Shown: positions 29,101 through 45,400, counted from the stretch's first letter. The stretch is 64,000 nucleotides of DNA from Eledone cirrhosa (GCA_964016885.1 OZ024743.1:137268001-137332000), one strand, 5' to 3'. Notes: a model not told the origin generated them from the sequence alone. Program-made: numbers and translations.

Positions 29101-32100
29101 GCAAGCACCAAACACCAAGCACCAAACACCAAGCACCAAGGACCAAACATCAAACACCAAGCACCAAGCACCAAACAGCAAGCACCAAACACCAAGCACC
29201 AAACACCAAGCACCAAGGACCAAACATCAAACACCAAGCACCAAGCACGTAACGCCTAACACCAAGCACCAAGCACCAAGCACCAAGCACCAAACACCAA
29301 GCACCAATCACCAAACACCAAGCACCAAGCACCAAACACCAAGCACCAGGCACCAAGCACCAAACACCAAGCACCAAGCAACAAGCACCAAACACCAAGC
29401 ACCAAACACCAAACACCACGCACCAAACACCAAGCACCAAGCACCAAGCACTAAGCACCAAACACCAAGCCCCAAGCAGCAAGCACCAAACACCAAACAC
29501 CAAGCACCAAGCACCAAGCACCAAGCACCAAGCACCTAGCACCAAACACCAAACACCAAGCACCAAGCACCAAACACCAAGCACCAATCACCAAGCACCA
29601 AACACCAAGCAGCAAGCAGCAAGCAGCAAGCACCAAACACCAAACACCAAGCACCAAGCACCAAACACCAAGCACCAAGGACCAAACATCAAACACCAAG
29701 CACCAAGCACCAAACACCTAACACCAAGCACCAAGCACCAAGCACCGAACACCAAGCACCAAACACCAAGCACCAAACACCAAGCACCAAGCACCAAACA
29801 CCAAGCACCAAACACCAAGCACCAAACACCAAGCACCAGGCACCAAGCACCAAACACCAATCACCATGTACCAAGCACCAAGCCCCAAACACTTAACACC
29901 AAGCACCAAGCACCAAACACCAAGCACCAAAAACCAAACACCAAGCACCAACTACTAAACACCAAGCACCAAGCACCAAACACCAAGCACCAAGCACCAA
30001 TCACCAAACACCAAGAACCAAGCACCAAACACCAAGCACCAGGGACCAAGCACCAGGCACCAAGCACCAAGCACCAAACACAAAACACCAAGCACCAAGC
30101 ACCAAGCAGCAAACACCAAGCATCAAACACCAAACACCAAACACCAAGCGCCAAACACCAAGCACCAAGCACCAAACACTAAACACCAAGCACCAAGCAC
30201 CAAGCACCAAACACCAAACACCAAGCACCAAACACCAAACACCAAGCACCAAGCACCAAACACCAAACAACAAGCACCAGGCACCAAGCACCAAACACCA
30301 AACACTAAGCACGCAGCATCAAACACCAAGCACCAAGCACCAAGCACCAAACACCAAGTACCAAGCACCAAGCACCAAGCACCAAACACCAAACACCAAG
30401 CACCAAACACCAGCCACCAAGCACCAAGCACCAAACACCAAACACCAAGCACTAAGCACCAAACACCAAACAACAAGCACCAGGCACCAAGCACCAAACA
30501 CCAAACACCAAGCACGCATCACCAAGCACCAAGCACCAAGCACCAAGCACCAAACACCAAGCACCAAGCACCAAGCACCAAACACCAAGCACCAAGCACC
30601 AAACACCAAGCACCAAACACCAAGCACCAAACACCAAGCACCAAACACCAAGTCCCACGCACCAAGCACCAAACACCAAACACCAAGCACCAAGCACCAA
30701 ATACCAAGCACCAAGCACCAAGCCCCTAGCACCAAACACCAAACACCAAGCAAAAAGCACAAAACACCAAGCACCAATCACCAAGCACCAAACACCAAGC
30801 AGCAAGCAGCAAGCACCAAACACGAACGACCAAGCACCAAGCACCAAATACCAAACACCAAGCACCAAGGACCAAACATCACACACCAAGCACCAAGCAC
30901 CAAACGCCTAACACAAAGCACCAAGCACCAAGCACCAAGCACCAAACACCAAGCACCAATCACCAAACACCAAGCACCAAGCACCAAACACCAAGCACCA
31001 GTCACCAAGCACCAAACACCAAGCACCAAGCACCAAACACCAGGCACCAAACACAAAGCACCAAGCACCAAACACCAAACCCCAAGCACCAAACACCAAA
31101 CCTCAAGCACCAAGCACAAAACACTAATCACCAAGCACCAAGCACCAAACAACAAGCACCAAGCACCAAGCACCAGGTACCATGCACCAAGCACCAAACA
31201 CTAATCACCAAGCACCAAGCACCAAGCACCAAACACCAAGCACCAAGCACCAAGCACCAAACACCAAGCACCAAGCACCAAACACCAAACACCAAGCACC
31301 AAAGACCAAGCACCAAGCACCAAGCACGAAGCACCAAACAATAAGCACCAAGCACCAAGCACCAAACACCAAGCACCAAGCACCAAACACCAACCACCCA
31401 GCACCAAGCACCAAGCACCAAACACCAAGCACCAAACACCAGACACCAAACACCAAGCACCAAGCACCAAACACCAAGCACCAAGCACTAAGCACCAAAC
31501 ACCAAGCCCCAAGCACCAAGCACCAAACACCAAACACCAAGCACCAAGCACCAAACACCAAGCACCAAGCACCAAGCACCTAGTACCAAACACCAAACAC
31601 CAAGCACCAAGCACCAAACACCAAGCACCAAGGACCAAACATCAAACACCAAGCACCAAGCACCAAATACCTAACACCAAGCACCAAGCACCAAGCAGCA
31701 AACACCAAGCATCAAACACCAAACACCAAACACCAAGCACCAAACACCACGCACCAAGCACCAAACACCAAACACCAAGCACCAAGCACTAAGCACCAAA
31801 CACCAAACACCAAGGACCAAACACCAGATACCATGCACCAAGCACCAAACACCAAACACCAAGAACCAAGCACCAAACACCAAACAACAAGCACCAGGCA
31901 CCAAGCACCAAACACCAAACACCAAGCACCAAGCACCAAGCACCAAGCACCAAGCATGCAGCATCAAACAACAAGCACCAAGCACCAAGCACCAAACACC
32001 AAGCACCAAGCACCAAACACCAACCACCAAACACAAAGCACCAAGCACCAAACAACAAGTACCAAGCACCAAACACCAAGCACCAACCACCAAACACCAA

Positions 32101-32854
32101 ACCACAAGCACCAAACACCAAACCCCAAGCACCAAGCACCAAACACTAATCACCAAGCACCAAGCACCAAACAACAAGCACCAAGCACCAAGCACCAGGC
32201 ACCAAGTACCAAGCACCAAACACTAATCACCAAGCACCAAGCACCAAGCACCAAACACCAAGCACCAAGCACCAAGCACCAAACACCAAGCACCAAGCAC
32301 CAAACACAAAACACCAAGATCCAAAGACCAAGCACCAAGCACCAAGCACCAAGCGCCAAACAATAAGCACCAAGCACCAAACACCAATCACCAAGCACCA
32401 AACACCAACCACCCAGCACCAAGCACCAAGCACCAAACACCAAGCACCAAACACCAAACACCAAGCACCAAGCACCAAGCGCCAAGCACCAAACACCAAG
32501 CACCTAGCACTAAGCACCAAACACCAAGCCCCAAGCAGCAAGCACCAAACACCAAACACCAAGCACCAAGCACCAAGCACCAAGCACCAAGCACCTAGCA
32601 CCAAACACCAAACATCAAGCACCAAGCACCAAACACCAAGCACCAATCACCAAGCACCAAACACCAAGCAGCAAGCACCAAGCACCAAACACAAAACACC
32701 AAGCACCAAGCACCAAGCAGCAAACACCAAGCATCAAACACCAAACACCAAACACCAAGCACCAAACACCAAGCACCAAGCACCAAACACCAAACACCAA
32801 GCACCAAGCACCAAGCACCAAACACCAAACACGAAGGACCAAACACCAGATACC

Positions 32855-33940
32855 AAGCACCAAGCACCAAACACCAAACACCAAGCACCAAGCACCAAGC
32901 ACCAAGCACCAAGCATGCAGCATCAAACAACAAGCACCAAGCACCAAGCACCAAACACCAAGCACCAAGCACTAAACAGCAAGCACCAAACACCAAACAC
33001 CAAACAGCAAACACCAAACAGCAAACACCAAACACCAAACAGCAAACAGCAAACGCCAAACACCAAGCACCAAGCACCAAGCACCAAACACCAAGCACCA
33101 AGCACCAAGTACAAAACACCAAACACCAAGCACCAAGCACCAAGCACCAAACACCAAGCACCAAACACCAAGCACCAAGCACCAAGCACCAAACACCAAG
33201 CACCAAGCACCAAGCACCAAACAATAAGAACCAAGCACCAAGCACCAAACACCAAGCACCAAGGACCAAACATCAAACACCAAGCACCAAGCACCAAACA
33301 CCTAACACCAAGCACCAAGCACCAAGCACCGAACACCAAGCACATAACACCAAGCACCAAACACCAAGCACCAAGCACCAAACACCAAGCACCAAACACC
33401 AAGCACCAAGCACCAAGCACCAAACACCAAGCACCAGGCACCAAGCACCAAACACCAAGCACCATGCACCAAGCACCAAGCCCCAAACACTTAACACCAA
33501 GCACCAAGCACCAAGCACCAAACAACAAGCACCAGGCACCAAGCACCAAACACCAAACACCAAGCACCAAGCACCAAGCACCAAGCACCAAGCATGCAGC
33601 ATCAAACAACAAGCACCAAGCACCAAGCACCAAACACCAAGCACCAAGCACTAAACAGCAAGCACCAAACACCAAACACCAAACAGCAAACACCAAACAG
33701 CAAACACCAAACACCAAACAGCAAACAGCAAACGCCAAACACCAAGCACCAAGCACCAAGCACCAAACACCAAGCACCAAGCACCAAGTACAAAACACCA
33801 AACACCAAGCACCAAGCACCAAGCACCAAACACCAAGCACCAAACACCAAGCACCAAGCACCAAGCACCAAACACCAAGCACCAAGCACCAAGCACCAAA
33901 CAATAAGAACCAAGCACCAAGCACCAAACACCAAGCACCA
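32855..33940 (+). repeat. Duplication at a 679-bp (97-unit) offset
   Basis: CATGCAG-CATCAAA-CAACAAG at 32914 and 33593, each followed by the same CAGCAAA-rich island, TACAAAA and CAATAAG-AACCAAG. Track ORFs 32915 and 33594 share an identical start. Confidence 0.88.
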
Positions 33941-36900
33941 ACCACCAAACACCAACCACCCAGCACCAAGCACCAAGCACCAAACACCAAGCACCAAACA
34001 CCAAACACCAAACACCAAGCACCAAGCAACAAGCACCAAACACCAAGCACCAAGCACCAAGCACCTAGCACCAAACACCAAACACCAAGCACCAAGCACC
34101 AAACACCAAGCACCAATCACCAAGCACCAAACTCCAAGCAGCAAGCAGCAAGCACCAAACACCAAACACCAAGCACCAAGCACCAAACACCAAGCACCAA
34201 GGACCAAACATCAAACACCAAGCACCAAGCACCAAACACCTAACACCAAGCACCAAGCACCAAGCACCGAACACCAAGCACATAACACCAAGCACCAAAC
34301 ACCAAGCACCAAGCACCAAGCACCAAGCACCAAACACCAAGCACCAAGCACCAAGCACCAAACACCAAGCACCAGGCACCAAGCACCAAACACCAAGCAC
34401 CATGCACCAAGCACCAAGCCCCAAACACTTAACACCAAGCACCAAGCACCAAGCACCAAACACCAATCACCAAAAACCAAACACCAAGCACCAAGTACCA
34501 AACACCAAGCACCAAGCACCAAACACCAAGCACCAAGCACCAATCACCAAACACCAAGAACCAAGCACCAAACACCAAGCACCAAGCACCAAGCACCAGT
34601 CACCAAGCACGAAGAACCAAACACAAAACACCAAGCACCAAGCACCAAGCAGCAAACACCAAGCATCAAACACCAAACACCAAACACCAAGCACCAAGCA
34701 CCAAGCAGCAAACAGCAAGCATCAAACACCAAACACCAAACACCAAGCACCAAACACCAAGCACCAAGCACCAAACACCAAACACCAAGCACCAAGCACC
34801 AAGCACCAAACACCAAGCACCAAGCAGCAAACAGCAAGCATCAAACACCAAACACCAAACACCAAGCACCAAACACCAAGCACCAAGCACCAAACACCAA
34901 ACACCAAGCACCAAGCACCAAGAACCAAACACCAAGCACCAAGCACCAAGCACCAAGTACCAAACACCAAACACCAAGCACCAAACACCAAACACCAAGC
35001 ACCAATCACCAAGCACGAAACACCAGGCACGAAGCACCAAGCACCAAACACCAAACACCAAGCACCAAACACCAGCCACCAAGCACCAAGCACCAAACAC
35101 CAAACACCAAGCACTAAGCACCAAACACCAAACAACAAGCACCAGGCACCAAGCACCAAACACCAAACACCAAGCACGCATCACCAAACACCAAGCACCA
35201 AGCACCAAGCACCAAAAACCAAGCACCAAGCACCAAGCACCAAACACCAAACACCAAACACCAAGCACCAAGAACCAAACACCAAACAGCAAGCACCAAG
35301 CACCAAACACCAAGCACCAAACACCAAACCCCAAGCACCAATCACCAAACACTAATCACCAAGCACCAAGCACCAAACACCGAGCACCAAACACCAAGCA
35401 CCAAGCACCAAACACCAAACCCCATGCACCATAGACCAAGCACCAAGCACCAAGGAACAAACACCAAGCACCAAGCACCAAGCACCAAACACCAAGCACC
35501 AAGCACCAAACACCCAGCACCAAGAACCAAGCATCAAACACCAAACACCAAGCACCAAGCACTAAACAGCAAGCACCAAACACCAAACGCCAAACAGCAA
35601 ACACCAAACAGCAAACACCAAACACCAAACAGCAAACAGCAAACGCCAAACACCAAGCACCAAGCACCAAGCACCAAACACCAAGCACCAAGCACCAAGC
35701 ACAAAACACCAAACACCAAGCACCAAGCACCAAGCACCAAGCACCAAACACCAAGCACCAAACACCAAGCACCAAACACCAAGCACCAAACACCAAACAC
35801 TAAACACCAAGCACCAAGCACCAAACACCAAGCACCAAACACCAAGCACCAAACACCAAGTCCCACGCACCAAGCAGCAAACACCAAGCACCAAGCCCCA
35901 AGCACCAAACACCAAGCACCAAGCACCAAGCCCCTAGCACCAAACACCAAACACCAAGCACCAAGAACAAAACACCAAGCACCAATCACCAAGCACCAAA
36001 CACCAAGCAGCAAGCAGCAAGCACCACACACCAAACACCAAGCACCAAGCACCAAATACCAAACACCAAGCACCAAGGACCAAACATCAAACACCAAGCA
36101 CCAAGCACCAAACGCCTAACACCAAGCACCAAGCACCAAGCACCAAGCACCAAACACCAAGCACCAATCACCAAACACCAAGCACCAAGCACCAAACACC
36201 AAGCACCAGGCACCAAGCACCAAACACCAAGCACCAAGCACCAAACACCAAGCACCAAGACCGCAGCACCAAACACCAAGCACCAAGCACAAACACCAAG
36301 CACCAAGCACCAAAAACCAAACACCAAGCACCAAGTACCAAACACCAAGCACCAAGCACCAAACACCAAGCACCAAGAACCAATCACCAAACACCAAGAA
36401 CCAAGCACCAAACACCAAGCACCAAGCACCAAGCACCAGGCACCAAGCACCAAGCACCAAACACAAAACACCAAGCACCAAGCACCAAGCAGCAAACACC
36501 AAGCATCAAACACCAAACACCAAACACCAAGCACCAAACACCAAGCACTAAGCACCAAACACCAAACACCAAGCACCAAGCACCAAGCACTAAACACCAA
36601 ACACCAAGCACCAAACACCAGATACCAAGCACGCAGCATCAAACACCAAGCACCAAGCACCAAGCACCAAACACCAAGCACCAAGCACCAAACACCAACC
36701 ACCAAACACAAAGCACCAAGCACCAAACACCAAGCACCAAGCACCAAACACCAAGCACCAAGCACCAAACACCAAACCCCAAGCTCCAAGCAACAAACAC
36801 TAATCACCAAGCACCAAGCACCAAACACCAAGCACCAAGCACCAAGCACCAAACACCAAGCACCAAGCACCAAACACCAAACACCAAGATCCAAAGACCA

Positions 36901-37959
36901 AGCACCAAGCCCCAAGCACCAAGCACCAAAAAATAAGCACCAAGCACCAAACACCAAGCACGAAGCACCAAACACCAACCACCCAGCACCAAGCACCAAG
37001 CACCAAACACCAAGCACCAGGCACCAAGCGCCAAGCACCAAACACCAAGCACCAAGCACTAAGCACCAAACACCAAGCCCCAAGCAGCAAGCACCAAACA
37101 CCAAACACCAAGCACCAAGCACCAAACACCAAGCACCAAGCACCAAGCACCTAGCACCAAACACCAAACACCAAGCACCAAGCACCAAACACCAAGCACC
37201 AATCACCAAGCACCAAACACCAAGCAGCAAGCAGCAAGCACCAAACACCAAACACCAAGCACCAAGCACCAAACACCAAGCACCAAGGACCAAACATCAA
37301 ACACCATGCACCAAGCACCAAAGACCTAACACCAAGCACCAAGCACCAAGCACCAAGCACAGAACACCAAGCACCAAACACCAAGCACCAAACACCAAGC
37401 ACCAAGCACCAAACACCAAGCACCAAACACCAAGCACCAAGCACCAAGCACCAAACACCAAGCACCAAGCACCAAGCACCAAGCACCAAACAATAAGAAC
37501 CAAGCACCAAGCACCAAACACCAAGCACCAAGCACCAAACACCAACCACCCAGCACCAAGCACCAAGCACCAAACACCAAGCACCAAACACCAAACACCA
37601 AACACCAAGCACCAAGCACCAAGCACCAAACACCAAGCACCAAGCACTAAGCACCAAACGCCAAGCCCCAAGCACCAAGTACCAAACACCAAACACCAAG
37701 CACCAAGAACCAAGCACCTAGCACCAAACACCAAACACCAAGCACCAAGCACCAAACACCAAGCACCAATCACCAAGCACCAAACACCAAGCAGCAAGCA
37801 GCAAGCACCAAACACCAAACACCAAGCACCAAGCACCAAACACCAAGCACCAAGGACCAAACATCAAACACCAAGCACCAAGCACCAAACACCTAACACC
37901 AAGCACCAAGCACCAAGCACCAAGCACCGAACACCAAGCACATAACACCAAGCACCAAA

Positions 37960-40900
37960 CACCAAGCACCAAGCACCAAGCACCAAACACCAACCACCAA
38001 ACACAAAGCACCAAGCACCAAACACCAAGCACCAAGCACCAAACACCAAGCACCAAGCACCAAACACCAAACCCCCAAGCACCAAGCACCAAACACTAAT
38101 CACCAAGCACCAAGCACCAAGCACCAAACACCAAGCACCAAGCACCAAGCACCAAACACCAAGCACCAAACACCAAACACCAAGATCCAAAGACCAAGCA
38201 CCAAGCCCCAAGCACCAAGCACCAAAAAATAAGCACCAAGCACCAAACACCAAGCACCAATCACCAAACACCAAGCACCAAGCACCAAACACCAAACACC
38301 AGGCACAAAGCACCAAACACCAAGCACCAAGCACCAAACACCAAGCACCAAACACAAAGCACCAAGCACCAAACACCAAACCCCAAGCACCAAACACCAA
38401 ACCTCAAGCACCAAGCACAAAACACTAATCACCAAGCACCAAGCACCAAACAACAAGCACCAAGCACCAGGCACCAAGCACCAAGCACCAAACACTAATC
38501 ACCAAGCACCAAGCACCAAGCACCAAACACCAAGCACCAAGCACCATGCACCAAACACCAAGCACCAAGCACCAAACACCAAACAGCAAGCACCAAAGAC
38601 CAAGCACCAAGCACCAAGCACCAAGCACCAAACAATAAGCACCAAGCACCAAGCACCAAACACCAAGCACCAAGCACCAAACACCAACCACCCAGCACCA
38701 AGCACCAAGCACCAAACACCAAGCACCAAACACCAAACACCAAACACCAAGCACCAAGCACCAAGCACCAAACACCAAGCACCAAGCACTAAGCACCAAA
38801 CACCAAGCCCCAAGCACCAAGCACCAAACACCAAACACCAAGCACCAAGCACCTAACACCAAGCACCAAGCACCTAGCACCAAACACCAAACACCAAGCA
38901 CCAAGCACCAAACACCAAGCACCAATCACCAAGCACCAAACACCAAGCAGCGAGCAGCAAGCACCAAACACCAAACACCAAGCACCAAGCACCAAACACC
39001 AAGCACCAAGGACCAAACATCAAACACCAAGCACCAAGCACCAAACACCTAACACCAATCACCAAGCACCAAGCACCGAACACCAAGCACATAACACCAA
39101 GCACCAAATACCAAGCACCAAGCACCAAACACCAAGCACCAAACACCAAGCACCAAGCATCAAGCACCAAACACCAAGCACCAGGCACCAAGCACCAAAC
39201 ACCAAACACCATGCACCAAGCACCAAGCCCCAAACACTTAACACCAAGCACCAAGCACCAAGCACCAAACACCAATCACCAAAAACCAAACACCAAGCAC
39301 CAAGTACCAAACACCAAGCACCAAGCACCAAACACCAAGCACCAAGCACCAATCACCAAACACCAAGAACCAAGCACCAAACACCAAGCACCAAGCACCA
39401 AGCACCAGGCACCAAGCACCAAGCACCAAACACAAAACACCAAGCACCAAGGACCAAGCAGCAAACACCAAGCATCAAACACCAAACACCAAACACCAAG
39501 CACCAAGCACCAAGCAGCAAACAGCAAGCATCAAACACCAAACACCAAACACCAAGCACCAAACACCAAGCACCAAGCACCAAACACCAAAAACCAAGCA
39601 CCAAGCACCAAGCACCAAACACCAAATACCAAGCACGAAACACCAAACACCAAGCACCAAGCACCAAACACCAAACAACAAGCACCAGGCACCAAGCAAA
39701 AAACACCAAACACCAAGCACGCAGCATCAAACACCAAGCACCAAGCACCAAGCACCAAACACCAAGCACCAAGCACCAAGCACCAAGTACCAAACACCAA
39801 ACACCAATCACCAAACACCAAACACAAAGCACCAAGCACCAAACACCAAGCACCAAGCACCAAACACCAAGCACCAAGCACCAAACACCAAACCCCCAAG
39901 CACCAAGCACCAAACACTAATCACCAAGCACCAAGCACCAAGCACCAAGCACCAAGCACCAAGCACCAAACACCAACCACCAAACACAAAGCACCAAGCA
40001 CCAAACACCAAGCACCAAGCACCAAACACCAAGCACCAAGCACCAAACACCAAACCCCCAAGCACCAAGCACCAAACACTAATCACCAAGCACCAAGCAC
40101 CAAGCACCAAACACCAAGCACCAAGCACCAAGCACCAAACACCAAGCACCAAACACCAAACACCAAGATCCAAAGACCAAGCACCAAGCCCCAAGCACCA
40201 AGCACCAAAAAATAAGCACCAAGCACCAAACACCAAGCACCAATCACCAAACACCAAGCACCAAGCACCAAACACCAAACACCAGGCACAAAGCACCAAA
40301 CACCAAGCACCAAGCACCAAACACCAAGCACCAAACACAAAGCACCAAGCACCAAACACCAAACCCCAAGCACCAAACACCAAACCTCAAGCACCAAGCA
40401 CAAAACACTAATCACCAAGCACCAAGCACCAAACAACAAGCACCAAGCACCAGGCACCAAGCACCAAGCACCAAACACTAATCACCAAGCACCAAGCACC
40501 AAGCACCAAACACCAAGCACCAAGCACCATGCACCAAACACCAAGCACCAAGCACCAAACACCAAACAGCAAGCACCAAAGACCAAGCACCAAGCACCAA
40601 GCACCAAGCACCAAACAATAAGCACCAAGCACCAAGCACCAAACACCAAGCACCAAGCACCAAACACCAACCACCCAGCACCAAGCACCAAGCACCAAAC
40701 ACCAAGCACCAAACACCAAACACCAAACACCAAGCACCAAGCACCAAGCACCAAACACCAAGCACCAAGCACTAAGCACCAAACACCAAGCCCCAAGCAC
40801 CAAGCACCAAACACCAAACACCAAGCACCAAGCACCTAACACCAAGCACCAAGCACCTAGCACCAAACACCAAACACCAAGCACCAAGCACCAAACACCA

Positions 40901-41790
40901 AGCACCAATCACCAAGCACCAGACACCAAGCAGCGAGCAGCAAGCACCAAACACCAAACACCAAGCACCAAGCACCAAACACCAAGCACCAAGGACCAAA
41001 CATCAAACACCAAGCACCAAGCACCAAACACCTAACACCAATCACCAAGCACCAAGCACCGAACACCAAGCACATAACACCAAGCACCAAATACCAAGCA
41101 CCAAGCACCAAACACCAAGCACCAAACACCAAGCACCAAGCACCAAGCACCAAACACCAAGCACCAGGCACCAAGCACCAAACACCAAACACCATGCACC
41201 AAGCACCAAGCCCCAAACACTTAACACCAAGCACCAAGCACCAAGCACCAAACACCAATCACCAAAAACCAAACACCAAGCACCAAGTACCAAACACCAA
41301 GCACCAAGCACCAAACACCAAGCACCAAGCACCAATCACCAAACACCAAGAACCAAGCACCAAACACCAAGCACCAAGCACCAAGCACCAGGCACCAAGC
41401 ACCAAGCACCAAACACAAAACACCAAGCACCAAGGACCAAGCAGCAAACACCAAGCATCAAACACCAAACACCAAACACCAAGCACCAAGCACCAAGCAG
41501 CAAACCGCAAGCATCAAACACCAAACACCAAACACCAAGCACCAAACACCAAGCACCAAGCACCAAACACCAAAAACCAAGCACCAAGCACCAAGCACCA
41601 AACACCAAATACCAAGCACCAAACACCAAACACCAAGCACCAAGCACCAAACACCAAACAACAAGCACCAGGCACCAAGCAAAAAACACCAAACACCAAG
41701 CACGCAGCATCAAACACCAAGCACCAAGCACCAAGCACCAAACACCAAGCACCAAGCACCAAGCACCAAGTACCAAACACCAAACACCAA
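37960..41790 (+). repeat. Near-identical 1983-bp tandem duplication
   Basis: GATC at 38184/40167, the 8-bp unit CCCCCAAG at 38072/40055, ATG landmark at 39211/41194 and private CAGCGAG at ~38948/~40931. The track shows identical ORF pairs 38100/40083, 38425/40408 and 38789/40772. 1983 = 283x7 + 2, which matches two +1 units per period. Confidence 0.92.
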
Positions 41791-42499
41791 GCACCAAACA
41801 CCAAACACCAAGCACCAATCACCAAGCACGAAACACCAGGCACCAAGCACCAAGCACCAAACACCAAACACCAAGCACCAAACACCAGCCACCAAGCACC
41901 AAGCACCAAACACCAAACACCAAGCACCAAACACCAAACACCAAACCCCAAGCACCATAGACCAAGCACCAAGCACCAAGGAACAAACACCAAGCACCAA
42001 GCACCAAGCACCAAACACCAAGCACCAAGCACCAAACACCCAGCACCAAGCACCAAGCATCAAACACCAAGCACCAAGCACCAAACACCAAACACCAAAC
42101 ACCAAGCACCAAGCACTAAACAGCAAGCACCAAACACCAAACACCAAACAGCAAATGCCAAACACCAACCACCAAGCACCAAGCACCAAACACCAAGCAC
42201 CAAGCACCAAGCACAAAACATCAAACACCAAGCACCAAGCACCAAGCACCAAACACCAAGCACCAAACACCAAGCACCAAACACCAAGCACCAAACACCA
42301 AACCCTAAACACCAAGCACCAAGCACCAATCACCAAACACCAAGAACCAAGCACCAAACACCAAGCACCAAGCACCAAGCACCAGGCACCAAGCACCAAG
42401 CACCAAGCACCAAGCACTAAACACCAAACACCAAGCACCAAGCACCAAGCACCAAACACCAAACACCAAGCACCAAACACCAAACACCAAGCACCAAGC

Positions 42500-45400
42500 A
42501 CCAAACACGAAACAACAAGCACCAGGCACCAAGCAAAAAACACCAAACACCAAGCACGCAGCATCAAACACCAAGTACCAAGCACCAAGCACCAAACACC
42601 AAGCACCAAGCACCAAGCACCAAGTACCAAACACCAAGCACCAAACACGAAACACCAAGCACCAATCACCAAGCACGAAACACCAGGCACCAAGCACCAA
42701 GCACCAAACACCAAACACCAAGCACCAAACACCAGCCACCAAGCACCAAGCACCAAACACCAAACACCAAGCACTAAGCACCAAACACCAAACAACAAGC
42801 ACCAGGCACCAAGCACCAAACACCAAACACCAAGCACGCATCACCAAACACCAAGCACCAAGCACCAAGCACCAAAAACCAAGCACCAAGCACCAAGCAC
42901 CAAACACCAAACACCAAACACCAAGCACCAAGAACCAAACACCAAACACCAAACAGCAAGCACCAAGCACCAAACACCAAGCACCAAACACCAAACCCCA
43001 AGCACCAATCACCAAACACTAATCACCAAGGACCAAGCACCAAACACCGAGCACCAAACACCAAGCACCAAGCACCAAACACCAAACCCCAAGCACCATA
43101 GACCAAGCACCAAACACCAAGGAACAAACACCAAGCACCAAGCACCAAGCACCAAACACCAAGCACCAAGCACCAAACACCCAGCACCAAGCACCAAACA
43201 CCAAACACCAAGCACCAAGCACCAAGCACAAAACACCAAACACCAAGCACCAAACACCAAACACCAAGCACCAAGCACCAAACACCAAACAACAAGCACC
43301 AGGCACCAAGCAAAAAACACCAAACACCAAGCACGCAGCATCAAACACCAAGCACCAAGCACCAAGCACCAAACACCAAGCACCAAGCATCAGGCACCAA
43401 GTACCAAACACCAAGCACCAAACACCAAACACCAAGCACCAATCACCAAGCACGAAACACCAGGCATAAAGCACCAAGCACCAAACACCAAACACCAAGC
43501 ACCAAACACCAGCCACCAAGCACCAAGCACCAAACACCAAACACCAAGCACTAAGCACCAAACCCAAGCACCAATCACCAAACACTAATCACCAAGCACC
43601 AAGCACCAAACACCAAGCACCAAGCACCAAACACCAAACCCCAAGCACCATAGACCAAGCACCAAGCACCAAGGAACAAACACCAAGCACCAAGCACCAA
43701 GCACCAAACACCAAGCACCAAGCACCAAACACCCAGCACCAAGCACCAAGCACCAAGCATCAAACACCAAGCACCAAGCACCAAACACCAAACACCAAAC
43801 ACCAAGCACCAAGCACTAAACAGCAAGCACCAAACACCCAACACCAAACAGCAAACACCAAACAGCAAACACCAAACACCAAACAGAAAACACCAAGCAC
43901 CAAGCACCAAGCACCAAACACCAAGCACCAAGCACCAAGCACAAAACACCAAACACCAAGCACCAAGCACCAAGCACCAAGCACCAAACACCAAGCACCA
44001 AACACCAAGCACCTAACACCAAGCACCAAACACCAAACACTAAACACCAAGCACCAAGCACCAAACACCAAGCACCAAACACCAAGCACCAAACACCAAG
44101 TCCCACGCACCAAGCAATAAAACACCAAGCACCAATCCCCCAAACACCAAACACCAAGCACCAAGCACCAAGCCCCTAGCACCAAACACCAAACACCAAG
44201 CACCAAGCACAAAACACCAAGCACCAATCACCAAGCACCAAACACCAAGCAGCAAGCAGCAAGCACCAAACACCAAACACCAAGCACCAAGCACCAAATA
44301 CCAAACACCAAGCACCAAGCACCAAGCACCAAACACCAAGCACCAATCACCAAACACCAAGCACCAAGCACCAAACACCAAGCACCAGGCACCAAGCACC
44401 AAACACCAAGCACCAAGCACCAAACACCAAGCACCAATACCGAAGCACCAAACACCAAGCACCAAGCACCAAGCACCAAAAACCAAACACCAAGCACCAA
44501 GTACCAAACACCAAGCACCAAGCACCAAACACCAAGCACCAAGAACCAATCACCAAACACCAAGAACCAAGCACCAAACACAAAGCACCAAGCACCAAGC
44601 ACCAGGCACCAAGCACCAAGCACCAAACACAAAACACCAAGCACCAAGCACCAAGCAGCAGACACCAAGCATCAAACACCAAACACCAAACACCAAGCAC
44701 CAAACACCAAGCACTAAGCACCAAACACCAAACACCAAGCACCAAGCACCAAGCACCAAACACCAAACACCAAGCACCAAACACCAGATACCAAGCACCA
44801 AGCACCAAACACCAAACTCCAAGCACCAAGCACCAAACACCAAACAACAAGCACCAGGCACCAAGCACCAAACACCAAACACCAAGCACCAAGCACCAAA
44901 CACCAAACACCAAGCACGCAGCATCAAACACCAAGCACCAAGCACCAAGCACCAAACACCAAGCACCAAGCACCAAACACCAACCACCAAACACAAAGCA
45001 CCAAGCACCAAACACCAAGCACCAAGCACCAAACACCAAGCACCAAGCACCAAAACCAAACCCCAAGCACCAAGCACCAAACACTAATCACCAAGCACCA
45101 AGCACCAAGCACCAAACACCAAGCACCAAGCACCAAGCACCAAACACCAAGCACCAAGCACCAAACACCAAACACCAAGATCCAAAGACCAAGCTACAAG
45201 CCCCAAGCACCAAGCACCAAAAAATAAGCACCAAGCACCAAACACCAAGCACCAAGCACCAAACACCAACCACCCAGCACCAAGCACCAAGCACCAAACA
45301 CCAAGCACCAAACACCAAACACCAAGCACCAAGCACCAAGCGCCAAGCACCAAACACCAAGCACCAAGCACTAAGCACCAAACACCAAGCCCCAAGCAGC

